From Anthoceros angustus (taxonomy: Eukaryota; Plantae; Anthocerotophyta), in the NCBI GenBank assembly GCA_010909165.1, contig VJWM01000309.1:31532-95531 (forward strand): DNA of 64,000 nt, written 5' to 3'. The position numbers were made by a program, and so were the translations under genes. Below the pieces are notes generated by a model. It was given only the letters and a program-made list of their open reading frames with translations, was not told the DNA's origin and made no database searches. The number at the start of each line of letters is the position of its first letter. Position 1 is the stretch's first letter. Shown piece after piece: positions 48,050 to 59,972 of the stretch.

Positions 48050-50450
48050 TACTATGCATCTTCTTGGACCCGGTATGGAGTCACACCCATATTTCACCTC
48101 CGATTCACCTCATCCTTGCCAATAAGCGAAACTTCTATGCACTCCATGCTGCCCGGATGCATAAGAGCTTCGCACAGAAATGTGTTCTTGCACTGACACC
48201 ATCACCGGATTTTGCAACCTCCGCCGTGGGAGAGGACTCGCGACTCTAAGGGCTCTCTTCAAAATAGCACGCACCATCATGCTCTCCCTTGCCATGGCCA
48301 CTCCCAAAGTATGACCACGATGTTGCGACCACCATCAAGCTAGGGTACCGGAGATGAAGTATGAAGGTCGACATGCCTTGAATTGACTTGTCTTTGCTCT
48401 GTCCGACCAGCACCAATGCTCCCGAGGTCTTGGGAACCCCGAATCCAACATCCACCGCCGGTGCTTCATCAAAGGTTGAGCGAAGAGCGTGTCATGCACA
48501 AGGTCAGCGATGTAGAAGTGGTAGTATTTCGAATGTTTGCAGGGTTGTCGCATCTAGGGGCCATTGCGCTGAGAAAACCGTAACGAGGATGGAAACCGGT
48601 CATTCTCGCCAATGCATGGACTGGATTTCATCTTGGACTCCAAATGCGTGATGCAGAAAATCCATAACCGAGACAACCACATCGGATGGAAACCACTCTA
48701 GGCAATGCCGAACTCCAACCGCCATCGAACAAAGTCATGGAGAATGAAATCCTTCAACTTGCCCTTGAAGAACTCAACAAATTCGCTGGATGTGTCTCCA
48801 TGAAGACAAGTTTGATCCGTTTCTTATCCGCCCATCCACATCCTTGCCCACAACTTGGTATTGGAAGCATCTCCATTTTAGAAGAGCATTAGGTCAACAT
48901 TTATAAGTCTCCATGATGAACTTAAGCTTATTCACCCATATAGGACACAAGTGCCTTGCAGACATGCCAGAGCATGCCAATCTGCATCAGCTGCCTTCGC
49001 ACAAAGAGCACTTTGACAAAGCAGTCTCACTGACGCCACACATGTGGAGGGAGCATTACAAACAATGGGAGATGTACCTGCTGGCAAAGCACAGACCTCA
49101 CAAGAACAATGGCAAAGACCACGGGGATGGACACGAGAGAGAGTCCCACGGAGGCCATTCAACGCATCCTTCAAAAAGGCCATCTCCACATGATACCGGC
49201 AACAACAAAGATTACGCCTGCAGTGCTCTTCACAAAAATGGCTTCAACTTCTCAAAGCTCCCTGCCCTACTTGAATGGGTGTTCCTCACAAAAGCGCAGT
49301 AGAACGATGCCCCACACATGCGATCTGCCACACCTCAGATGAACTTGAACACCAGTGCCACAATTTGCCCACAAGTCCCCAAGCGGATGCCTAATTGAAG
49401 TTCGGAGCAACATCTACACTAAGCATTTACACAGTGAAATGAGTCGAAAGCTTACAAACCCAGCTTTGCCAGCGAGCCTCGACTTGGTACATGCAACTGC
49501 TACACCTCAAATGAACCAGATCGGACCAAATTTTTCCGTCATGTCCCCAAGCGGATGGCCAACTAAGGTTACAATCAACATGTACACTAGGCATTCACAC
49601 ACACTCGACAGGAGATGCCCAAACGGCATGTAAAGGCAACCAGCAATAACATGGATTTGTGCATCACACAAGGCACAAGACCATGACCCAAACGTACTTG
49701 CGACATGTCAAGAAAGTGCGTGATGTGGGTGATGAAGGTTTTAGGCTTCTGTCGCAGCTTGGTATCTTTGTGTTTGTGAAGGGCCAGCGATTCCCAAAAG
49801 CGGGCGATGCTTGCTTTCACATAGGCGGAGGATGACTTGCTTTGACCTTGCCCACACCATGTTCTCGGCACGAAACATATCCTCCTCACGGTGCTCAAAG
49901 CTTGATGGATCTCGCCTCCTGCTCACTCCTATGTGCCGAGAAAGGCTCGAAACCGGACCCTTTCCTTGGATATCCTCGATAAGATAATGTTGAACAAGGT
50001 GTTCCTTGCCCAATTTGTCACCAACTTGAACATCCTTTAAACTTGTGCAAGCCTCACGCACATTCTTCAACAACAATGCTCCCAATTGGCATCTTTGGCA
50101 TCTGTCGAGCTCTTGGTCGAAACATCTTGACAATGGCGGTTACTAAACTTCTCGAATGTCTTGGACATTCGTGTATCCACTTGTAAGCTCTAGGCGATGA
50201 CCTAATTTGCGAGCCACATCACGCTTGCGGCGTAGCATTCCTTAACACGAAGCGGCCATAGCTCGCCGCTCTCTAAACTGCAGACGGGTTGAAGTTTGGG
50301 CACCACGAGTTTCTTGCACAGTAGCATTGCATCCTCTTACATTCCACCTTCCTCTCTTCTTTGCATGGGTCCCCTCGTTTGACCTCTGCACTGAGGAATA
50401 CCAAGATTCCTTGTTAGTCTCCTTCACGGCAACTCTTGAACACCAGCTTC
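48050..50450 (-). mobile_element. Sola2-like DDD transposase, degenerate
   Basis: FEKLKPF, a Cys-rich region, CLEWFPSDVVVSVMDF..FGVQDEIQSMHW, YHFYIAD..HDTLF, HWCWSD..SQFKA and WSYFGSGHGKGEHDGA. Superfamily assigned from remembered signature strings. Confidence 0.7.
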
Positions 50451-50764
50451 ACTAGAAGATGCTTGACTTATCACACCACAGGCTGGGCTGGCATCTGTTG
50501 TTTACTTGCGACCATCGGCTCCATTGGGCGGTTGATGGTGGCCGAGCCATGCACGCTACATGCACCCTAAACAAAAGCACTGCTAGCTCTTGGACTCCAA
50601 CTTTGTACCGCACAAGAACAAGCCGGGCACAACCCTAAAAGCGATCACCTCTCAAGCTCGCCTCCACGGATCCGGTTGTAGGGGTGTGGGACCGGCACAA
50701 TCGTGTGATCCTACAAGGTGATCACGATACCACCGTGCATATCCGCGGTTCCCTCGGCGGGTTC

Positions 50765-53700
50765 CATGAAAGCCCATCAAGAACCAGATTAGAAATACAA
50801 TGAACCAAGGACCACCTAAACCCAATGCATACCACGCCACCTCGCCTACCACTTCCGCCACCTCAATCCACCACTCCTTGCCACCTTGCCACCCGTACCA
50901 CAGTCCCCGCCACCTCAACCCACCACTCCCCGCCACATATACCCACCACAATGAGATCGGTCAAAAGAAAAGTTTATCAAACATGCAATCTAGGAAGCGA
51001 ACAAGCTCCACAACCGGGTTCCAGCTCATGCTACATACCTGTCCACCAGACCTCAAGATAAGCCTACTCTCCGCTCGGTGGCCGAGATTTCGCTCGCAAA
51101 TGCGGTGGTGTGGCGTGACCTCTCGAAGAGATGCAGACGATCTCCAATCGACGGAGTCCGCAAGAAAGCCCATCAAGAACCAACAGCTAGAAATACAATG
51201 AACCAAGGACCACCTAAACCTAATCGCGACACCGCCACCTCGCCTACCACCGCCACGCCACCTCAATCCACCACTCCTTGCCACCCCTTTGCAGTACCCA
51301 CGTCCGCCACCTCAATCCACCACTCCCCGCCACATATACCCACCAGAGATCACCCAAAAGAAAAGTTTATCAAACATGTACGCGGATAAACTAACTGCGC
51401 TCCACAACCGGGTTCCAGCTCATCTACAGGTTTTCGATGCTCGAGTGCACTCCCGACTCCGGAGTAGGTCGGACCCTTTCGAAGAACCTCGGACAGCTCG
51501 GGTATTGGGATAAGTCCGATCTACCCGGGTCAAAACAGATAAGTACGCCAGGAAAGTACCTTAGAAGTTGGGTCGTGAGTTAGATCGAGCGCGCCACGTG
51601 GGCGGACTCGGAATGGAAGAAGCAGGCATGAGAGCCGGGGCCGTAGCCGCAGTGGTTATAAGCGGTATTCACGCCCGCGTGCTGCGCGACAGCGTAAGGC
51701 CAGAGTAGGCGGAAGCGTAAGGCCAGAGTAGGTGGAAGTGTAAGGCCAGAGTAGGCGGAAGCGTAAGGCAAGAGTAAGCCATGCAGGCCCCTGACAATTA
51801 CGGACAAGAAGAGCCACCCTCCACGCCGCTACATTTGCCGACGGCGAGAGGCAAGGCCGAGGTCATTCTCCCAAGTAACCAGCAGCGATCTTCGCCGCTC
51901 GCCCGGACACCGGCCCTGGCGTTGTCTTTGATCACCAGCACCCTTCTGCAGCTCGACTTGCTGGAGGAAGCAATTGACGCCGCGGCCAAGGAGCGAACGA
52001 CCGGAGCCTCACACTCCAACAAATGGACAGTATGAGCGGAGATGGGACCAAGAAAGCGGCGGAGGTCGAGCGCAACATTGTCACCCGCTATCCTCCGACT
52101 TGGCCGTATGGAGGAGGCGGGGAGTTGGTCGAGGAGTGCACTGGACGTTTCAGTCGTCGACATTTGACAAGAAAGTCACCCTAGTCCGAGAAGCGGAAGA
52201 TGTTGGCGGCAGCCAACAAGGAGGTTGATCTAAAAGCCTTCGAGAGGACCCTAGGAGGTGGGATGGAGGTCCCGAGGGCGGGGCAGAGGGAGGAAATTCA
52301 AGGCCGGAGGGAAGATAGAGGCGGCAAAGGCCGCCCATCGAAGCCGTGAACGGACCACCAATGGTGGGCGATGTGAGTTGCTAGGCGGAGGAGGCGGTGG
52401 CATGTGATAATTGTCCACTAGAACATGCTCACCAAGGTAGATCACCTTGGTGACAATAACTGGTGTTCCCGCATGCGCCATGCAGAGGAAGCCGACTGGG
52501 AAGGATCATCTTCGCCAAGATCAATCATGAAGCTCACAGGCGAGTGTGAAGCCTCCGCTTGGCTATCGCTTCTAATTCATGTGGGGCACGCGGACCTCCA
52601 AGGAGGGAAGAGGAGCGCGCATTCCGGAAGGGACCGCCGCTCAGGAGGCGTAAGGAAAACCCAGAGGTGGAAGCCCGCCCGTCCCGAGCAAGCGAGAGGG
52701 CGGAGGAGGCGGCGAGGAAGGGTGATTCCATACTTGAGCGACTCCTCGCCACCAAGGGAAGTGTGGAGGACATCCCGCTCCTCCTCCCGGTGCCCAGCGG
52801 CCAGTCTCAGCAGAGGCGGCCCAGGCCCGTGGCCCAGCCCGACACCCACCACCCACGACGGCCGATGAGCCCGACGGACTCGCTTGGGGGCCAAGAAAGC
52901 GACGTGCCACCAATGCAACACCCCGGACGCGGTGCCTTGCCCGCCAACGGAGTGGCAAGAAGTCAAGAAGGCGGTGAGAAGGGCGAAGGCCCAAGGAGCG
53001 GGAGGCCAGCAGCCCCACCGGAGTCGGCCCTGCCTCCGACGGGAGAGGCAGAGGGTCACCTCGAACCCCTCACCCCTCCGAGCCCTGTGGAGAAAGAGGC
53101 GAACAAGGAATTGGCGCCAAGAGGGCCAAAGAAGGTGAGGCTCCTGACTACTGGACCTAAGGGCCCCGATTAGGTGAGAGCCCAGCCCGACTCCGGATCA
53201 TGGTATGGAGGTCCTTGGCGGACCGAGATGCCCGCCCCACAACGGACTTCTTGGGGGCCTCACCGGGCGCTGGAAGAGACACGGCGGTCCTGCTACTGCC
53301 ACGGTGATGCCTGGGTCTCTGGACGGCCGAGAAGACCTGTGGAGGTGGAAGCCACAAGGAGGCGCATGGTGCTCCTCCGTGAGCAGATGGAGGCGGCCCA
53401 GAGGCGAGGAGGAGAAGCCTCGGCCGCATCGGGAGGGAAGCGCCGGAGGCCGAGAGGAAGTCGTCCATTCGATGATCGACTAAGTTTCTTCACCGAGTGA
53501 GCAAAGGTGCATGTGAGGCCCAAGCACGGAGGATCTCCGCCAACGGGGAGGAGGCGCAGGAGGCGGAGAGGGCTCGAGACCTAGAGGCGGCCCGCCGCCC
53601 AACATCGCCAGCCGAGGCTCACCAAGGCAAGGAAGCGGAAGCCACAAGAAAGGTCGACCGGATCACTATCGACGTGATCGAACCGGTGGAGGAGGCGGTG

Positions 53701-55170
53701 GAGGAGGCCCAAGCACGGAGGAGGCCCAAGCACGGAGGAGGCCCAAGCACGGAGGAGGCGGAGGAGGCGCTGAGGTCAAGACCCGGGAGATCGGGACCCT
53801 GTGGTGCACTGCAGGAGGTAGAGGGCGGCGGGGAGCCGGAGGACAAGAAGGATACCTTGAGCCGCAACTCCAAGACGACGGAAAGCAGGGGTTCTCAACC
53901 CAGAGAATTAAGACTTCGAGCGGAGATAGAGCGCCCCAGCCTCCGCTTGAAGACGGAGGAGAATAGGCGACGGCAAGGAGTTTGACGCCGCGAGGCCGCA
54001 GCAGGTGGAGGAAGTCGAGTCGACGGATACCGCCCGCCTGGAGAAGGAAGTAGCGGACCTCGGAAAGGATAAACGGAGGGAAGAAAGCACGGAGGAGAAG
54101 CAACCCCGCCCTGCTACAGAAGTGAGAGGGAGCTCGGCTCCATGGCCCGCGAACCGGTGGAGGAGGCCCAAGCACGGAGGAGGAGAACCGAGCGAGCCAA
54201 GGCCGCAGGAGGTGACGGAGGCCGCCTTGACGGCATCAAGGGAGTCCGCCCGCCTGCCAGGTAAGCTTAGCCACGAGACGGCCGCAGCCGGACAACATGC
54301 CACCGCCGAGCACCTCCGAGGAGGGAGGGTGCCCGGCTCATGTGGAGGAGGCGATTCAACAAGTCGATCGACCGCTTACTACCACGCAGAGCTCCTCAAG
54401 GCTTTGAGGTCTGCGCCACCCTAGGCAGGAGGTGGACTTCCGGAAGGCGGAAGAGCAAGGGAGGAAGGACCCGGGGCGGCCTCCCGGGGCCTCCTGCCAC
54501 CCTTGCCACCCTGCCATGTGTCCCCACCTCAACCCACCACTCCCCGCCACATAGACCCACCATTGAGCTCGGTCAAAGAAAAAGTTTATCAAACATGCCG
54601 CAGATCTAGGCAGTCTAACCTGTGCTCCACAAATCTGGTTCCAGTTCTCATGCTACATACTCCCTGTCCAGCCAGACCTCAAGATAAGCCTACTCTCTGC
54701 TCAGTGAGTGCTGAGATCTGCTTCCTCGCAGCACGGTGGTGTGGCGGTGACCACTTCTCTGAGAAGAGATACATACAGCATCTCCAATCGATCGGAGTCC
54801 GCTTCAAGAAAGCCCATCAAGAACCAACAGTTAGAAATACAATGAACCAAGGATCACCTAAACCCAACTGCATACCCTGCCACCTCTGCCTACCACTTCC
54901 CTGCCACCTCAATCCACCACTCCCTTGCCACCCGTATGAGTCCTGCCACCTCAACCCACCACTCCCACATAGACCCACCATGTTGAGCTCGTCCAAAGAA
55001 AAGTTTATCAAACATGCCTGCAGATCTAGCGGTCTAACTGCGCTCCACAACTGTTCCAGTTCTCATGCTACATACTACATCAGACCTCAAGATAAGCCTA
55101 CTCTACTTATGGTGAGTCGAGATCATACATGGCAGTTGTGGCGGTGACCTCTTCTCGAGAAGAGATACGC
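50765..55170. repeat. Tandem array of about 400-bp units (50765-51425 and 54495-55170) split by an insertion of about 3 kb
   Basis: AAGCCCATCAAGAACC..AGAAATACAATGAACCAAGG at 50770, 51166 and 54810; AAAAGTTTATCAAACATG four times; many GCCACCTC motifs. Confidence 0.85.
51428..54490. mobile_element. Unclassified GC-rich TE fragment with frameshifted E/A/R-rich coding potential on +
   Basis: Sharp borders inside the 400-bp array; short tandem repeats at 51691-51770 and 53700-53760; no catalytic motif recognised. Confidence 0.4.
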
Positions 55171-55689
55171 ATGAACCCTAAATCGGCAAGGCGCGCTGGC
55201 AACTCAAAATTTGTTGAGTTAAACGCCGACGATCCGTTTGCTCATCTCGTAAACATGCTACAAAATGATTTAGGTAGGGCCTCGAGTGCCCGCCACCTCA
55301 ATCCACCACTCGTTCTCGGCCCACTTCAGAAATATAGTGTGACAAGTGCTCCGAGTGAGACAATGCCCGTCCCAAGTAGTCTCTAAATTTAGACTTTCAT
55401 TTTGAATATTTTCATGAGTATTTTAATTTTAAATTTTAATCTCATGTAGAAGCGATATATTTGTATATCTTGTAAAAAAATCAAACAGTTTAGAGAAGAA
55501 ATAAATTAGTTGAAATTATTAACGTTACATGAGGACAAAATAACAATGTTTCGTCCGTTTCTCACTAATGTGAGCACCAAAGCATGCTTGCACCCATTTA
55601 TACTTGTGCGCGTTATTATAGCTCCCTTTCCGTTGGTTCGTAACGTGCCGTTCGGAGCGAGGTTTGAGTGGGTACCTGTTTTCTGAATA

Positions 55690-55870
55690 CCTAGCCGGGT
55701 TCTTGCGCGGTATGGCAGCTCCGTGTCCCGAGTATGTCTGAATCCAAGTTGGCCGCGTTCCTGCGCGGTATGGCAGCTCCGTATCCCGAGTATGTCTGGG
55801 TCCAAGCTAGCCGGGTTCCTACGCGGTATGGCAACTCCGTGTCCCGAGTATGTCTGGATCCAAGCTGGTC
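55690..55870. repeat. Tandem repeat, about 57 bp x3
   Basis: GCGCGGTATGGCAGCTCCGTGTCCCGAGTATGTCTG..TCCAAG repeated. Confidence 0.85.
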
Positions 55871-56426
55871 ACCAGCTGTGACATGTCATAAGTATAGCTT
55901 TAATCTCTTCAAATGCATCTTGCTGTTCCTTCTCCCATTCCACTCACTATCCTTTTTCAATAACTATGTCATAGATTTTACAATTGTACTATGATTAGGT
56001 ACAAACATACGGTAATAATTCAACAAATCTTGAAAAGATCTTAAAGTACTAACAATTGTAGGTGGTGCTAATTTTGAAATAGCTTCTATTGTAACATCAC
56101 TAGGAATCGTACCGCCCGGGACTATTAAATGTCCCAAATAACTTACACTCCTAAGAAAACCAGCACTTTACTACCCCTTCAAAACTAGATAGAGGGGGTT
56201 TTTAGACGTCTGTTCGTTTTACAGCGGGGTTTTCAGCCCATATATTATTTTTGTATAGATTTTAACACTTTACAACATGGGCTTGATGTTTTACAATGTG
56301 GGGTATGTGGGAAATATTTACAACGATAGAAACCATTATAATGTTTTGAAGTTTTTTGGGGCGAATATTTACAACGATTAGAATTTTTTTGGGGAAAATA
56401 TTTGCAACAATACAAACCATTTACAA

Positions 56427-56624
56427 CAGAATTTACATCAGTAAATACTCTAATAAACAGAATAAACCCTATATACTTAACTAAAGTATTTAATTGTGGT
56501 TAATAGAACTCCAGTTATAATACCAGAATTTACATCAGTAAATACTCTAATAAATAGAATAAACCCTATATACTTAACTAAAGTATTTAATTGTGGTTAA
56601 TAGAACTCCAGTTATAATACCAGA
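56427..56624. repeat. Near-perfect direct duplication of about 97 bp
   Basis: CAGAATTTACATCAGTAAATACTC...GAACTCCAGTTATAATAC twice. Confidence 0.85.
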
Positions 56625-56699
56625 GTTAATATATTGTGGTTACCTAACATGAGTATAATGACTATAGTTAGCCTGTACAATACGATCATATAAAATACT

Positions 56700-57055
56700 C
56701 GTATACCATACGTAGGAACATATACATCTAGTATATACCCTTTGAGAAAATAAGAAGAAGTAGAGTAGACGTTATTAATAGGCGAGAAGGGAAATCCCAT
56801 CTACCCCTAAAGTCCGAGGATGAACAACCCAAAAAGGGCTAATAGTAAAAAGGGAAGTCCTAGTCTCCTCGAATGCCTTTCCCGTAACTATCTATTGCAC
56901 CAATGATATCGTGATCAGGGATGATGAAGGGCCTACCGGTGCCAAAGAAGCCGCTAGTCTTGCGCACGTAGCCGTCCTATAAACAACGTTAGTCAGCGTT
57001 TTCTACAGAGCTCTAGAAGCTAGCGAAAGAAAGCCACCACAGAGGAAAAGGGGAG
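56700..57055 (-). mobile_element. 3' end fragment of a CRE-like non-LTR retrotransposon
   Basis: SVVAFFR..AASLAPV..PFIIPDHDII, similar to 13060-13230. Confidence 0.4.
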
Positions 57056-57079
57056 GCCCCTCCAATTCATGTGGCTGTG

Positions 57080-57352
57080 ATTACTTTTTGCTCACGATGA
57101 CTCCTAGAGATCATGAGTCTTCTCACAACCATACAAGAACCACTTCTTCTAAGGGAGAGAAGCCTAACAGTAGTTCTCTGACCAACAACTAAAAAACTAA
57201 CAAGACTTCTCTCTCCGAGTGGCACAATCAAAGATCATTGAAGGTGGCATAAGACAACGAAAGTTGGCATAATCAAACACCATTGAAGATGTCATAAGAC
57301 CACTAAAGGTGGCAAGAAAAAAGCGCTATAAACTATAAAGTATATGGCATCA
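57080..57352. repeat. Partial extra copy of the right end of the TIR element
   Basis: Direct match to 62576-62740 and 63050-63135 (ends CTATAAAGTATATGGCATCA). Confidence 0.8.
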
Positions 57353-59557
57353 GTCTCGCGTTATGAGGACTCGCACGAGGGAGACCAACGTACCCAATCC
57401 GACGGGGACCAACTTAGCGGATGCTGGAAATCGAAAGAGCTTCACTCAGCTGAAGCTAAAGAGCAAGCTATCACTAGTTCATAGCGGTCGGTGGATTCAT
57501 AACTTTCGTAAAAAAATTGTTGTCGTGCTTTAGCAAATCTTTCTTTAAGATCTCTTATTTTATTATATTGGGGTGATCAATCCCTAATTATGGTACCATA
57601 TTCTTTATAATTTATAGTGCATTCTTAGATTATGCCATCTTTATGGTCTTGTGCCACCTTTATGGTCTTTGATTGTGCCACCTCTCAGGACTTTTGCCAC
57701 CTTTCGTGGACTTTTGTTTTGCCAACCTTGTGGTCTTTTCTCATGCCACCTTATGCCACCTTCTACTTGATGAAGTTAGCTCCAGCTTGCTCTAAGGTGG
57801 GATGAAATAATCGTAACGGATCCGGATCATCAAAACACTCTGCCTCCCTAATATTCCTTCTCCACATAGGTTTGCACATCATTCGCCATTTTGGAGGTGC
57901 TCAAGCACACACTCCACGACCTGCACAACTTGACTACGTGAGGCCCTGCTCAATGTTTGCTCGATGTGTTCACAAAATCTGCGAGCATCGTAGTTTCTTC
58001 AACTCTTGTGTCAACCCAACTATGCACACTTGAGAGTTAGTACTGTTATGAGAAGCCTATCCACTTGTAGTTATGCTCCAACATTGCTTTCAATACATAG
58101 AAATGGATTTTTCACTCTAAGCAAATGTGACATGATACACATGCACAAAGTTCCAAATTCGAGACTAGTACCCACAACTCATCCTTCTTTCACATGTAAC
58201 CGTTACATTGCTCCAAAAATAACAAAATGGTATCATTTTGTTCTTCTTGTTGAGCGCTAATAGATGGATATATCAAAACAATTACAATTGGTTGAGCATT
58301 TGGTGAGAAATTGCCCGCTTTCTACAGTAATTCCTCATGTTCCGTCGTTTTAGTGACTCAAAAACTACATGTTTGGCACCATTATGTTCCTCTTGTTGAG
58401 TTCTATCAGATGATACCAAGACAGCTATAATTGGCCAAGTATTTTGCGAAAAACTCAGCCTCACTTTTTACAGTCACCGCTAACCTCACATGGGCATTGG
58501 TTAGCTGGAGTTTGCTGGAGGAATGAAGAGTCTGCAGGAATCCTTCTTCAAACCAGCACCCTCTCATCTTTGGGCACCTCTAGATGCATAAGACGATTCA
58601 TATCACGTTTGTGAAAACATCAGCCCTCAAAGTGTCTTTGTTGGACCGTATGAGCATCTCTGGTGTGTAGAATGGGGTTTTACGAGCGCCGTCTTGAGGA
58701 CATGCTCACAATTGCATCTCCATCAACCACTGCACCTTGCCAATCACATGAGCGTTACGCCTCCTGCATTGCCCAAAAGTCTACATTTTTTTTGCTCACC
58801 GTGCACACATGTGTCTTCATCAACCGCTTGAGTGCAGCATATGAGTCTTCACAGTTGCGAGCGCCTGCATATGTCTTCACCAGAGCGCCGGCATGTATGT
58901 GTGTCACCCAAACTTTTGTATTCTTGTGCACCTCTGCTTTGTTTCCGGCACAAGATGAACCCTCTTCCACAACATTGTCACATGTAAAGACATCACGCCC
59001 AGTATCAATGTCTTCCTTCACGCTGGAGTAAGAGCTGACCAATTTGCTTGCTACCAAATCCTTGCCTTCATCTCCGATATGCCCCGATTAGGTTTTTCTC
59101 ATTCTTCCTTGGCTCGCCGCAATTTCCTCACTTTCAACGCAGAAAGCATTGTTATGCCCTCCTCGGCCATACACGTGTACCCTTCACTAGTACCCTTCCA
59201 CCGCCATCGCCTCCCAACATTGTTGTGTTTGCATCGATTCCGGCCTTGCCTTGCCTTGCCTTTCTTCCACCTATGCTTCAACCCTAATTTTTCCTCCAAC
59301 TGTGACGTTGGAAGGCGTGCATGAGAGGCCCATTTGATTCGACCTCTCCTTTTGTGATGAAGTGGGACCCTCCTCGGGAGGTGGGCCTGCTCTCCACTTT
59401 CTTCCCCTTTTGTCCGTAGGCCTCTTCTCTTCCTTGTTTACCTTCTCTTGAAGTTGCGCAATTTGGGGTCTCACTCAATTAGCGTTGCTCTTCAATTCAT
59501 GAACTAATCTACATTATTGAATACAGACATGATCAATTCCTTCCGGATATCCATTGC

Positions 59558-59972
59558 TCATTCCTCCAAATAAGCATGCTTTCGACATAATGGCATGTAA
59601 ATATCTTCATCCCCAACAACGACTTGAGGTAATAATTTTCCAATTCTATGTGTGAATGGTGCAGCAACCTTGCCACATAATTTACATTTGGCTAGCAATG
59701 TTTCTATTCTATCAACTAATGGAATCAATTGTAATAACTTTCCAAATAGTTTTCAACAATGCCACCATTCATTGGGTGAGTCTTCACAAAATTCTATCAA
59801 ATAATTTTTCTTGTCCTTTTGATCTTCTTATCAACTGCTCTTCAACTTAGTTAGACAATCTAATCTTTCTTGTGTTATCTTGATTCTATTGTCTGTTAAC
59901 TATGGTAACTCTGCTTCGCTCTAATTGTATGCTAACATAACTTGGTACCATAATAATGAAAAATTTCTCCAT
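59558..59972 (-). pseudogene. TK: Thymidine kinase (TK1 family), second copy, intronless, N-terminal half frameshifted
   Basis: Starts MEKFFII like the 10899 copy; the C-terminal half reads FGKLLQLIPLVDRIETLLAKCKLCGKVAAPFTHRIGKLLPQVVVGDEDIYMPLCRKHAY (zinc/lasso domain). Confidence 0.85.

Noticed and set aside
56098-56110. CACTA terminus
   Set aside because: No matching inverted end or 3-bp TSD identified.
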